Assembly (NCBI GenBank): GCA_025201805.1
Contig: MU619244.1
Coordinates: 166,095 to 230,094, forward strand
DNA length: 64,000 bases
Direction of reading: 5' to 3'
Origin: Parasitella parasitica NRRL 2501
Taxonomy: Eukaryota > Fungi > Mucoromycota
Of the stretch, positions 48,401 to 60,346 are shown piece after piece. Under the pieces are notes generated by a model that searched no databases, was not told the origin of the DNA, and was given only the letters and a program-made list of their open reading frames with translations. Both the position numbers and the translations under genes were made by a program. Numbering within the stretch: the stretch's first letter is position 1; each line of letters starts with the position of its first letter.

Positions 48401-51400
48401 CTGAGCAGCAGCAGCAGCAGCAGCAGCAGGAGGAGGAGGAGCAACTGCAAGATGGGCTACTGCCGAAACAATCCTCGCATGCCCGAAGAAGTTTGATCAG
48501 CAAGATCAAATCATGGAGACAGCGCAGATCTTCAGGGGTTGTTGGCAGACTATCGAGACGCTTGAAGTCTGTCACGCCTGATCCGACAAACACGCCCATT
48601 GTTGAAATGGAGACCATTGACACACCTGTTGGATCTCCTGGACTGAAGCCCAAACTGGTACCGAGCCTCAAGCAGGATCATCTGTCCTCTGGATCAAGAA
48701 CCCCCAACAGCGGGCAGTCTGCCGATATGCCTTCCAAATCCCCCATGTCGCCACTTCACGCACCTGCAGCTTCTCGCCCCACATTTCCCAGCATCAAAGA
48801 CTTTGATATCATCAAACCCATTAGTAAAGGAGCCTTTGGTTCTGTTTTTTTGGCCAAAAAACGCACTACAGGAGATTACTATGCCATCAAGTTTTTAAAG
48901 AAATCCGACATGATTGCAAAGAACCAGGTCACTAATGTCAAGGCTGAGCGAATGATTCTCATGTCGCAAACGGACAGCCCGTTTGTCACAAAGCTGTATT
49001 ACACATTCCAGTCCAAAGACTATCTGTATTTGGTCCTAGAGTACTTGAACGGCGGCGACTGCTCTGCTCTGATCAAAGTCATTGGCAGTTTGCCTGAAGA
49101 TTGGACCCGAAATTATCTCGCAGAAGTGACGTTAGGTTTAGAGTATCTTCAGAGCAAGAATGTCATTCATCGGTGAGTAAGCAATACGTAAACTGACAGT
49201 GTATGTATGCACACTACTAATTGTTGCACTTTTTTTTTTCTATAGTGATTTGAAGCCTGACAATTTATTGATCGACCAAAACGGGCATCTCAAGCTGACA
49301 GATTTTGGTCTGTCTCGCATTGGCTTCTTGGATCGTCGTGTCCGTGACGAGCTGACAAATGTAGCATATCATGATCGAGCCCAGCCTATATCACCTGCGC
49401 CGTCTCGGTCAGGTACGCCACCACAATCCCCGGCAGAGCAGCAAGCTTCGACACCTGGAGGTGCGTACCGACACTCGTATTTCAGCCTTTTGTTTGACCA
49501 AAATCAAAATGGCTCGCCCACCTCGACTTACTCTAGCACAATTAACAACGAGGATGCAACCATCAACCCTGCCTCTTCAGAGCCACGAAGCCAGGAGTAC
49601 CATGGCGGCCACCGACGACATGTATCGGCTGCATTATCAGACGCATTAGCTTCGGGTATCAGCTCGACAAGCATGGCTAAATCAGACAAAGGGAAGGATG
49701 AAAGCGCCGCGTCACCCAGGCAGGCGGTGGGTACGCCAGACTATCTAGCACCCGAGAGTATTTTAGGCACAGGGCAGGACTCCATGGTAGATTGGTGGGC
49801 TCTGGGCGTCATTTGCTACGAGTTCCTGTACGGCATTCCTCCGTTCCACGCCGACTCGCCCGACAAAGTGTTTGAAAACATTCTCTCAAGACGAATCGAC
49901 TGGCATGAAGATGTCGTCCAGGTGTCACCAGAGGCGCGCGATTTCATGGAAAGGCTAATGGCGCTTGACCCCGAGAAACGTCTAGGCTATTACGGTGCAG
50001 AAGAAGTCAAGCAACACCCATTTTTCAAGAGCATCAACTGGGACACTCTGATGACTGAATCGCCGTCCTTTATACCCCAGCCCACCGACATGGAAGACAC
50101 AGATTACTTTGATGCGCGTGGTGCCACGATGCAAAATGCGCCGGATGAAGCAAATCCAAGCAGCCGGCTTGACGAATCGGCCAAAGCGCAAGTTGAGCGG
50201 GCCAAGGCTATTATTCGAGAGCAAAACCCCGAGAACCTGCCACCTGTGAGTGACAAGAAGCACAAGAGGAAATCAGACGGAAAGAAGCCTGATAGAGGCG
50301 CAACCGATGCCAGCGAGGCAGAAGAGGACGATTCAGACAACACTGAGTTTGGCACATTTACGTACAAGAACCTACCGGTGCTGGAAAAAGCAAACGAAGA
50401 CATGATCCGAAAGATACGACATGACAGCATATCAGTGAATGCAGCCGCTGATGCTGGCACAGGCACTGCTGCCGCTGGCAAGCTGATTCATCGCAAATTT
50501 CCTGCGATTTCAACGAAACCCAAGAGCAACTTGTCCCATGAAACGACGTCTGGCCAATGCACGCCAACCGGCAGCAACTACAGTCCATCCACAACGTCGT
50601 CAACGTCTGTCACTCCGTTGTCCATGTCTCCGTCTGTATCTTCAAAGCTATGTATGGTATCACCCTCCGTCGGAAGAAGGCCAGCGGATTCAACCCTGCC
50701 TCATATACCAACAAAAATGTCTGGCGTCTCATCGACATCATCGTCAAAGGAAGGTACTCCTCAGCGCACGCGGTCCTTGTCCACGCCTTCCATCGACCCT
50801 GTGAAAGCAGCTGCTGCCATTGCTGCTGTTGCCAGCGCAAGCCCAAGCTCTACTTGCTCTGCGCAATCCCAAAACCAAGCACCGCATCAGTACCAACACA
50901 ACCAACCACGCCCCACCGAAGAACCTTGGTCATCTTCACCGTCCGCTAGCGTCGAAGCACATCAGAAACACCCTGCCGTGTCTCCACTGAGCAAGCCAGA
51001 GCGCAAAGGGTCATTGCCAGCTGCTCCAGCGCTACCAGCTGTTCCGCGCACCGCGACCAGCGCCACTGCCACTGCCACCGAGCATAAATTGAAGCCATTA
51101 GCCTGCCTTGTTGCAGACGACAATCCCATCAGCTGCAAAATCATCGAAACCATCCTTCAGATGTTGCATTGTCGATGTGTCATTGTCCGAAATGGAGCCC
51201 AGGCGATTCGGTCTGCAATGAGCGATGTTCAGTACGACATTATTTTCATGGACATTCGAATGCCAATCAGTAAGTGAATATGTTGCATTTTTTTTTTTTT
51301 TTTTTGCAATAGAACGGTGCAGTAAACTTTTTTTCTTTTTTCTATAGTCGACGGTGAAACTGCCGCCCGAATGATCAAATCGACAAATAATAACAATCGC

Positions 51401-51610
51401 GAGACTCCCATCATTGCGGTAACAGCATATGAACGGACAGTGCAGCTGGCGGGTGCGTTTGATGACATCCTCAGCAAACCAGTTACGAAGCAGGTCATAT
51501 CACAAAGGCTGAAGCAATACTGTCGCAACAATGGCGAAGCGCATGCTTCTACAGAAGCTGCGAAATGCGTGTCTAATACTAGTAGTGATTCTGTGAGCGT
51601 TGCGCAATAA
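42477..51610 (+). CDS. RIM15: Rim15/Cek1 (Greatwall-like) AGC Ser/Thr kinase with PAS, C2HC zinc finger, split kinase and receiver domains, ~2929 aa
   Basis: Exons 42477-43569, 43640-44464, 44525-47045, 47109-49172, 49246-51269, 51348-51610 (8790 nt, in frame). Motifs AKEACDLELRQII; PAS (YVSPVW..GKGMLMYNR..HTMWV); LCRVCER..FEQHSELC; PSIKDFDIIKPISKGAFGSV..HRDLKPDN..DFGLSR..VGTPDYLAPE; REC LVADDN..MDIRMP..VTAY..SKPV. Confidence 0.95.
45973..46017 (+). repeat. (AATGAC)7 coding microsatellite encoding an Asn-Asp repeat within RIM15
   Basis: Perfect hexamer tandem array. Confidence 0.95.
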
Positions 51611-52808
51611 TAAAAGCCTTTTTTTTTTTCTTTTTTTTTTTTCGCTATCACTGTGCTTGATTTTGTGTTGGAGCCCTTCATGTTAGACTAATGCTGCTTA
51701 GATCAGCTGGAGCAACCATCTTTGATCACCCAAATTTTCTTTCAAAATAGACAGCTCGTGTAATACTCTCATAAAAGACAAAAAAAAAAAAAAAAAAGAC
51801 TTTATCATTACTATACCTGAAAGCGTTCTAGTCAGGAAAACTTGGCTCAACATAACATTTGAAATATGCATCAGAGTCTATTGGGAACTTTTGATATTTT
51901 CTGACCCGCAACCTTCAAAATCGGAGCGTGCATCGTCTAGGTATGCTACAAAGCACTATTGATAATTTCCAGGAAGCCAAGAAGCTAGGCATTCATTTTG
52001 GTGTATTGTGCTTGTCCAGCATATAAATCAGGTCCGCCGCACTCGTTCAAAGTTGAAAGCTTACTATCCATATTGGCTTCAAATCCTGGTATAAAATCAC
52101 ATTTTGCTCAGGATAATTACATTTTCCCACTTGATTGGTTGAGATGAAATATGCTTGAGAACGGCACATTGGACACTTTATGAAAAACCATATCAAAAGC
52201 TCATATTTTCGGAATGCTTGGGATGTGTCTGGAGAAAACAAAAGAGCATGCTTTTTTTTTTTTTTTTTAGCTCACTGCACTGGGCGATTTTTGGAAGGCG
52301 CATACAAATGCTATATTTAAACCAAAGAAGACTTATGCAACAAAGTCAATATTAACGCTTTGTTTTCTGTCGACCGCCTCTCCCACCCACCCTCTCTCCC
52401 CCACCCCCCACATGCCTATTTCTTTTTCCGGCCACTTTAGCTAGTAGTAATTGCAGTGCTCAAACAGAATTACAGTGAACATATATTACGAATATATTTG
52501 TAATATGCTAAAGCTTTTTTTTTTGTTGCTTTTATCAAGTCAGTCAATTGTGATCAGGCGGCAGCTTCAAGTGGCATCAAGAGATCAGTGCCGGTGCTTG
52601 CATTGAGCACTGTACTACAGAACATTAATCTGTTTCGAATAAAAATTGTGCCTAAAAAAGCAGTGCGTGAATGACGGCCCAACCAGGGGAATCCAAAAAT
52701 ATAAACCTTATACACAATAAAGTATATTATCTCGTTTTTTTCTTTTTCTTTTTTTTTTGTTTTTCTTTTTCTTTGTGTATATTTTCCCAAATCAAAAACA
52801 CTGGATAA

Positions 52809-55363
52809 ATGGTCGATATTGTAAATATAAAGAGAAGCAATGGGAGATGTCGCTAACTTTGTTCTTGAACATCTAGTCGACCTCACACGGCATAAGCAGC
52901 TTTCTCACTCGTAGACATTCAACCGGGGACAACAATAATGGCAGCAGCAGCAGCAGCAGCAGCAGCCCAGTGGTATTACCGCCATATCCACCCACCACGC
53001 CAGATCATTCATGCAAGCAGTTTGATGCTCCAGAGGGCAGCTATGCCTTGGATCACTGCATCTTTGTGAATTCGATGCATCCGCTCTATTCGGTGGGCAC
53101 CACCGCCAGCCTCGTATCCATCAAATACAAAGAAGCAGCAGCGAATAACATGCAGCGTTACGAAGCACAGCCTGGTGCTCGAAGCTTTCGTAATATCTTT
53201 AGTTCGCACCACCATCAGCAAGGCAGCAATGCCCAATCGACAGCCAACTCAAACATTGATTCTGACGAGGAACACAGCAACAACAATCACCACTACGTTT
53301 TTAGAACCCCTTCTCTCTCGAGCTCTTCCTCTAGTCACAAGAACAACACTCTAGGAACACCATTGGCGCACTCGATACCGGAGGAGGACCACATAGCTAT
53401 ACCCACTTCAAAGATCACCGCCACCAGCAGCAGCAGCAACAGCAGCAGCACCGACAACACTGCCCAGCTCCCTGCCTCCGCCAGCCCCACTCCAACTTCC
53501 ACGCTTTCCTTTCTGGCCAGAAACCACACCCTTGGCAGCAACAGACTTTCAAGAAAGTCAAAGACGATAACAAAAACCAACTCGAGCTTTGTACAAAAGA
53601 TCATCACTAATGAGCAATTGGCCAAGATTTTGATGGCACGAACAAACGAGGACACCAATCTTTTCTACAATTGCGGCACAAGTTTTGTGTGGGTCGATGC
53701 TCGCGGCCATCCCAAGGTTAGGCGTATGCAGATCCCTACAGTATTTTTCGTCCGCCCCCCCACTAAATGTGTATATTTGTTATAGGAGCCTCTCTCACGC
53801 ATAGTATTCGCCAGAGCATGTCCCACATCGCATGATGTGAACGTGCTAACCCGTGGCGCAGATCATTTAGATATTGTTATTGGGTTCACATCGGGCGACA
53901 TTGTGCTGTTTGATCCTCTGTGCAATAAGTACGGGCGGATCAATAAGGGTGTGAGTGAACATACACACTAGCCAAAAGGGTTACAAACATATTAAACTAA
54001 TGTAACATGGTACAGGGCGTCATGAATTCTTCTCCAATCACCATGGTAAAATGGCTGCAAGGCTATGAGAACCTCTTTATGGCAGCCTTCCAAGACGGCA
54101 CCGTGATGCTTTTTGACAAGGAAAAAGAAGACGAGCCTTTCCATCCAGGCGATGGGAAGGGACATGCCTCTTCTTCAGTTGGATCATCTGCCAATGCAAA
54201 GAGCATGTAAGCCAGGTCCCGAGGTCGGAATCATGCACGTAAGAGAGACTAACAACCCGCTTGCTTAGGTTTAAAATATCAAAGCCGCCTTCCAAAATCT
54301 CTTCCAAGTGCAACCCTGTTTCTCACTGGAAACTGTCCGATCAGTCTATCACAGGTATAGTAGTAATAACGGAAAAAAAAAAAAAAAAAAAAAAAAAAAG
54401 GAGCAGAGTAGACTCACTTGTTGCGGTTGAACGACAGCGTTTGCCTTTTCGCCTGATTGTCAGCACGTTGCCATTGTTGGCCATGACGGACTGTTACGGA
54501 TCGTCAACTTTTTGCATGAAACGTGAGTATTATACAAGTGTGGGTGTGTGCCTGTCGTTACATTGACTGACTGTGCTAACCACTTACATGTGTAGCATCC
54601 ACGATGTGTATGAAGCGTATTACGGCGGTCTGTTCTGTGTCGCATGGAGTCCTGACGGCAGATATGTTTTGGTGAGTGACATGGTTTCCCCCCCCCCCTA
54701 GATCGACCCGGAACTATGCTAACATTTCACACTAGACGGGAGGACAGGATGATCTTGTTACTATTTGGGCCTTCAGAGAGCAGCGCATTATCGCTAGATG
54801 TCAGGGACACAAATCTTGGGTAAATAGTCTCTGATTGGCAATAGCCTGCAATTTGCGATTCTCACCAGGCTGTGTGTGTGTAGGTAACTGGCATAGCATT
54901 TGATCCATGGCGATGCGACGAAAAGGTGTACCGGTTTGCAAGCGTTGGCGAGGACGCAAACCTGATACTCTGGGATTTCTCTGTGAATGCCCTGCACAAG
55001 CCTAAAACCGTAAGTTCGCAGCACCGTGCCGCCTTTCGCTTGGGCCATTAATGTTCTAGTTTTGTGATATAGAAAACTGTAAATCGAAACCGCGGCACAT
55101 CTGTATCGTCAGTCAATTCACCCCCCTTATCGAGCATATTAGCAGCGATACAAGACCATAATCCTGTTGTGCATCCTGTGCAGTCAAAGACAGAGGTGGC
55201 ATTTTTGCAGCCGACCGCGATGAAGACCATCCACGGTGATCCATGCGTTGGCGTATACTTTAGAGAAGACGCGGTGGTGACGACCGATAAACGAGGCCGT
55301 GTCAGCGTATGGCAAAGGCCGTCACCTCCACCGACACATTCTAATGCATCTTCCTTATCCTAG
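52809..55363 (+). CDS. creC: CreC / WDR20-like WD40 protein (multi-exon)
   Basis: Micro-exon ATGGTCGATATT (52809-52820) splices in frame to 52877. Motifs [116 protein letters not shown]. Confidence 0.88.
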
Positions 55364-55501
55364 TACGGTATGATGAGAATAAAAAATTGTGTATTATGCA
55401 ATTGTTTTCTTTGACGCCTTGATTTGTGCATAGGAGATTTGTGTTTGTGATAGTGATGTTGTATACTTTAACAAGCATCTTGAGTAGTGATTGCGCATAA
55501 A

Positions 55502-55676
55502 NNNNNNNNNNNNNNNNNNNNNNNNNNNNNNNNNNNNNNNNNNNNNNNNNNNNNNNNNNNNNNNNNNNNNNNNNNNNNNNNNNNNNNNNNNNNNNNNNNN
55601 NNNNNNNNNNNNNNNNNNNNNNNNNNNNNNNNNNNNNNNNNNNNNNNNNNNNNNNNNNNNNNNNNNNNNNNNNNNN
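55502..55676. other. Assembly gap (N run)
   Basis: Run of N. Confidence 1.
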
Positions 55677-56121
55677 AAAAAAAAAAAAAAAAGCAAACAT
55701 TCACTTTGTTTCCCAATCAATGCAGATCAAGCGTTGCCTTATTCGGCCATGTCATGAAATTCAGGGGTAAGTTTCTTTTGCCATTTTGATATTCGTTGTG
55801 TGTACGGGCATATTCCTTTGAAAAAATTAGTTGGATGATACCATGCAAAAATAAAGCCGTGTAATTTTTCCTTTCTTTCTTTAGGGTGATAAAGTGCGGG
55901 CGAAAGCTTGGTACAATTACAGAAACATATTTAATTAACGTGCTTGTAAAGCGGTGAAATCTTCTGTTAGAAGCTCCACACTTGTCCCAAGTTTTTGTCA
56001 AAGCGTAAATACGTTAGCCACATTACCAGCAGATTTTTTTTTTTTTTTTTTTGCTGATGACTCAAGTGCGCCGCAGTATCCTCTGACCCACCACTGTGGA
56101 CAGACATGACGGCAATAAATC

Positions 56122-57171
56122 ATGATGAGTCAAATACGGGTGGCATTCTATAAAAACTATTGCTACCGGCATTCAAGCCAGAGCAATTTATCTCTTAAAG
56201 TTTTAGAATACAGAAAAATGTCGCCCTGCCGACTAAACAACATAGATGAGCTGAATTATTTGATCAAGCTCTATGACCTCGATTATTTCAAAACCTTCAT
56301 CATGTCAAATCGTGTGTCTTATAGGGTTTCAATGTTCAAGGCAATCGAGTCTGGGTATGTGGAACTGACAAACATTGTTCGCTGGTATCACCCGCACCCA
56401 GAAGAAGGAGATACAGAGTTTGAAGCGCAACACGCTGCATTCCGAGGCTGTCTCAGCATATACCAAACGATACAGCCAAACGAAGAAATGGAAGAGTTCA
56501 ATGCATATAGAGAGAACATGTACCTGTATCACGGAAAACTTGATCAAGTAAACATGGCTGAAATTGACATGCACGACCTGCTATCCCCAAATACAATACC
56601 AGTGTCGGTGTGCGATAGGATTGCCTTACAATACGGCCACAATGCTTGTCTTGTAACAGGAACTTTGCTTGCTTATTGCATTCACAACAGTGACAACCAC
56701 AGCGTCCTCGCAGCCAACCCAAACGTATTCATTATGGACATCATGTTTCAGTACGCGATTTGCCACAGCAACGAAAAGCTAAAGCAGTTTCTGCTGCTCA
56801 AGTACAAGGAAACGGGGCAGCATTCAGACTACGACTACAGATTGCGCAAAGAGCCCTTTAGCAAAGGAAAGCTATATGGTGGAAAAGTGGACATGTACGA
56901 CCACTATCTTGCACCTTGCCGGGATACCGCAACCGCAACATCTATGAGCACAAAGGAGGAAGAGGAGGAGGAGGAGGAGGGAAAATCTCGCACAGGAGCA
57001 AGTGCTCACTATGCCAACAAAATTGACATTGGCAATGTGCGACTATCGACAGATCTGTTTGAGTGGCAATCATCACGAGTGGCAGGGTATCAGGTGGATG
57101 CTTATTTTGAGCAAGTGCTCGACTATGTGAATCGTTTGATCAATCAAGGCGTCGAACTACGGGAACAGTGA
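56122..57171 (+). CDS. Hypothetical intronless protein (349 aa), family not recognised
   Basis: Uninterrupted 1050-nt ORF with globular Y/H/C-rich composition and a poly-E tract; AT-rich flanks. Confidence 0.7.
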   Translation: MMSQIRVAFYKNYCYRHSSQSNLSLKVLEYRKMSPCRLNNIDELNYLIKLYDLDYFKTFIMSNRVSYRVSMFKAIESGYVELTNIVRWYHPHPEEGDTEFEAQHAAFRGCLSIYQTIQPNEEMEEFNAYRENMYLYHGKLDQVNMAEIDMHDLLSPNTIPVSVCDRIALQYGHNACLVTGTLLAYCIHNSDNHSVLAANPNVFIMDIMFQYAICHSNEKLKQFLLLKYKETGQHSDYDYRLRKEPFSKGKLYGGKVDMYDHYLAPCRDTATATSMSTKEEEEEEEEGKSRTGASAHYANKIDIGNVRLSTDLFEWQSSRVAGYQVDAYFEQVLDYVNRLINQGVELREQ

Positions 57172-57484
57172 TATAACCACAAAGCGGATCCGCACATAAA
57201 AAAAAAACACACAAAAACACAAAATTTATAGCATTATTTCATTTATGGGGAATCCCACCAAAGCATCTAAAATATTTAGCTCCTAAAAAAAAAAAATTGA
57301 ATAAAGCAGCCCTTCTTCCTACTCAAGAACAAAGTATATCATATGTGAAGATATGAGAATTATGCAGTGTCGATGTTTCTCCTTTTTGAGATGATGTGTA
57401 ATCCTCTTTTCCTGGGTTTTTCATCAAGCAGCATCATTAGGGAGAGGCTGTGTGCTCTTTTGATTTGAGGTTTTGCATTAGCGA

Positions 57485-57518
<34 letters not shown>

Positions 57519-57996
57519 TATTTGTGGCCTCTTTCGCACACCCGTGAATGGATGTGGGTTGTACGAAATAAAGTTTGCGGACATGATCCAATACACAACA
57601 GCTTGATCTTGGGCTGCTCTGTATGCATCGTTCATGTATCAAGGGATTTATGGTTCAGTAGATTCGATTGGGAAAAAAAAAAGGGAGGGGGGGGAGAAAT
57701 ATACACAAGTATAGTAATGTAGGATACGGTATTTAAACAACAAAATATGGGTTCCTTGGGACATATTAAATTCTTGAATCTTCCTTCTTACAGGGAAATT
57801 TACACCTGCAAGTTACACAATTAATAAACTCACCGCTTGTTTATATTTCACCCCATCCAGAAAGCCTATTTTAAACAAGGTTTTTTTTTTCCTTTCCTTC
57901 CTCTTCCATCTCTTCTTTTTTTTTTTTTTCATATAATAAAATAGCACTGCATCTTCTCTGGTCAGAACGACTGCAAACACCGCACACCATTCACAC

Positions 57997-60072
57997 ATGC
58001 AACAAAACATGGCTTCAGGGACACAGTCTATTGCCGATCTCACAACAGAAACAAAACCTACTAGTGGAGACATTCCACCGCCCCTCGTTGGAGCGTCGAC
58101 GACAGTGGTGGGGAACAAAGTCTATGTGTTTGGTGGACGGCTTGTCTCGTCCCGTCAAATGACGAACCATCTTTACACGCTGGACCTGGACACATTGGTG
58201 TGGACGCTTCATGCTGCCCAGCCAGACTTGCCCCCTCCTCCAAGGCCCCGCTATTTTCATTCTTGCAACCTCTACGGCCGCTGTCTGGTGGTCTTTGGCG
58301 GCATGAGTTACTCTATCAGACGCTCTTCTCAAAGTCTGTGCGCGCTGGACGACGTATGTCTTTTTGATTTGGACCTGATGATCTGGAAGCACCCTGATGT
58401 GCGGCCCAGCATATACACTCCCCAGGCACGCTATGCCCATCTAGCTGTGAATGCGGCCGACAAACTCGTCATTATGGGAGGCCAAGACATGTCGAATCAG
58501 TACATCAACGAGACCAGCGTGTTTGACCTCAATACGATGGAGTGGATTTACGGTGGATCGCTTGTTCGCCAATATGGAGCCTACCGTGCTGTTGCGTTCT
58601 GTCCGTCGTCTATTGATACGAATGCGATGGCCTCACAGCCGTTTTGGGAAACGCACGATACCAAGGACGACTATCCTCTATGCGTTTACTCAAACTACAA
58701 CTTTGCTGACGTGACAAGAGACCTTCAGAGCTTTGTGCCGTTTACGTCTACGCCTAAATTCAGAGACCACTCACAGGACATGTCTGGCGCTTGCTTGCCT
58801 CCAGGCCTCCGTTTCCCTTCAGGAGATCTGTTGGGCCATCACATGATCTTGACAGGCACCTATCTCACACCAACGCATCGATCTTTCCATATTTGGGCGC
58901 TGAACCTCACGAATCTAGTGTGGATGCGTGTCGAAACAGGCTCTATTCTGGGACAAGGCTCGTGGAACAGAGGCGTCCTGTACCAAGAAAAGCAGCAGTT
59001 CTTTGTCTTTGGCGACAAGACCAGAGATTTGCTAGAGGACTACAACCATCGTCAAGTCAATTTTGCGCATGTGGCCGTGGTGGAGCTGGAGGCATTTGGC
59101 ATTTACACTCATCCTAAAGATACGTGTGCACCGGTCGCCCAGGAGCTGGGACTGAGCATGTTGAACGAGCCGAGCATGTCTGATATGGAGTTTCTCACTG
59201 ACGACGGTCGTACGATCCCCGCCAATTCAAGCGTCATCGCACTGCGGTGGCAGCATTTCGCTTCAATGCTTGGCCGAAAGTCTCGAAATTCGCATTTCAA
59301 GAGACTCTTCTTCCCCGAAAGCTACCCAATAACTCTGGCATTTCTGCAGTTTATCTACACGGATCATCTAATGACAGCACAGCAGCATCATCCCGTAATC
59401 CTGGCCCGATTGCTGATCCTCGCCGACTTGTACCATCTTCCGAGACTGGCCGAACTCGCCACACATGCCTTGCATCAGGCTCTTACCATATCGACAGCAA
59501 GCATGGTCTACGAGACGTCAGCCCTCACTGGCCGCACCTGTCTTCAAGTGCGAGCATTGCGAGTCATGATCAATGCCAAGAAAATGCTACATCAGCAGCA
59601 GCAGCAACGCCAACAGCAACAGCAACAGCAGCATCAGCAAATGGAATTCTCTGGAGAGTACCATAACAACAGCAACATGTCAGAGTCGCCGTCTGTATAT
59701 CCTTCGCACTACACCACATCACCTCCTGGGTCTGCGAGACAATCGCACGACGAAGAGGAAGGCCCATTTCCGTCCAACCTGTCCCCATCATCATCGTCAG
59801 CAGCAATGCGACGCTTGACCAGCTCCAAATCCTCGACAACGGCCGTCTCCTCCCCCGACCTAACGATGTACCCCACATCCCCCAAACTCTCAAAATCAAG
59901 CAACCTTATCCAAAAGACAACGCCTTTGTTCGCTGAACGACAGCGCAAGGAGAGCGTGACTCTGTTGCCGTCCATGATGTCCACAGGCAATCCCCAGCAG
60001 CAGCAGAACGTAAAGCTGGGTTCTATAACAACCCCGAGTTTCGAAAGGCCTAATATGGGCATTAGATTTTAA
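57997..60072 (+). CDS. Kelch-repeat + BTB protein, Ral2-like (Ral2/Mds3/LZTR1 group)
   Basis: GDIPPPLVGASTTVVG.KVYVFGG, PRPRYFHS..VVFGG, ARYAH..IMGG, YSNYNF, PPGLRFP, GTYL, GSWNRG; BTB from SDMEFLTDDG..AFLQFIYTD; Q-rich and S-rich tail. Confidence 0.88.
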   Translation: MQQNMASGTQSIADLTTETKPTSGDIPPPLVGASTTVVGNKVYVFGGRLVSSRQMTNHLYTLDLDTLVWTLHAAQPDLPPPPRPRYFHSCNLYGRCLVVFGGMSYSIRRSSQSLCALDDVCLFDLDLMIWKHPDVRPSIYTPQARYAHLAVNAADKLVIMGGQDMSNQYINETSVFDLNTMEWIYGGSLVRQYGAYRAVAFCPSSIDTNAMASQPFWETHDTKDDYPLCVYSNYNFADVTRDLQSFVPFTSTPKFRDHSQDMSGACLPPGLRFPSGDLLGHHMILTGTYLTPTHRSFHIWALNLTNLVWMRVETGSILGQGSWNRGVLYQEKQQFFVFGDKTRDLLEDYNHRQVNFAHVAVVELEAFGIYTHPKDTCAPVAQELGLSMLNEPSMSDMEFLTDDGRTIPANSSVIALRWQHFASMLGRKSRNSHFKRLFFPESYPITLAFLQFIYTDHLMTAQQHHPVILARLLILADLYHLPRLAELATHALHQALTISTASMVYETSALTGRTCLQVRALRVMINAKKMLHQQQQQRQQQQQQQHQQMEFSGEYHNNSNMSESPSVYPSHYTTSPPGSARQSHDEEEGPFPSNLSPSSSSAAMRRLTSSKSSTTAVSSPDLTMYPTSPKLSKSSNLIQKTTPLFAERQRKESVTLLPSMMSTGNPQQQQNVKLGSITTPSFERPNMGIRF

Positions 60073-60150
60073 GTCAATACCTTTTTTGCCAAGAATTAAA
60101 ACAAACATATATTTTTTGCGCGATAATTGCTGCCAGTATTTTTTTTTTTT

Positions 60151-60275
60151 NNNNNNNNNNNNNNNNNNNNNNNNNNNNNNNNNNNNNNNNNNNNNNNNNN
60201 NNNNNNNNNNNNNNNNNNNNNNNNNNNNNNNNNNNNNNNNNNNNNNNNNNNNNNNNNNNNNNNNNNNNNNNNNNN
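60151..60275. other. Assembly gap (N run)
   Basis: Run of N. Confidence 1.
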
Positions 60276-60346
60276 AAAGATACAAAGCCTTGTGTATTGA
60301 CCCAAATAAACAATAGCTTCTACAGCTTTTTTATAGTGTCTGAAAA

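Noticed and set aside
44597-51153. Many overlapping alternative-frame and antisense ORFs within RIM15 (likewise within the golgin, creC and Ral2-like genes)
   Set aside because: Expected by-products of codon bias and low-complexity repeats in long, relatively GC-rich exons.
52938-53069. ATG followed by poly-Ala as the creC start
   Set aside because: Out of frame with the conserved APEG..WD40 frame and stops early; the micro-exon start at 52809 fits better.
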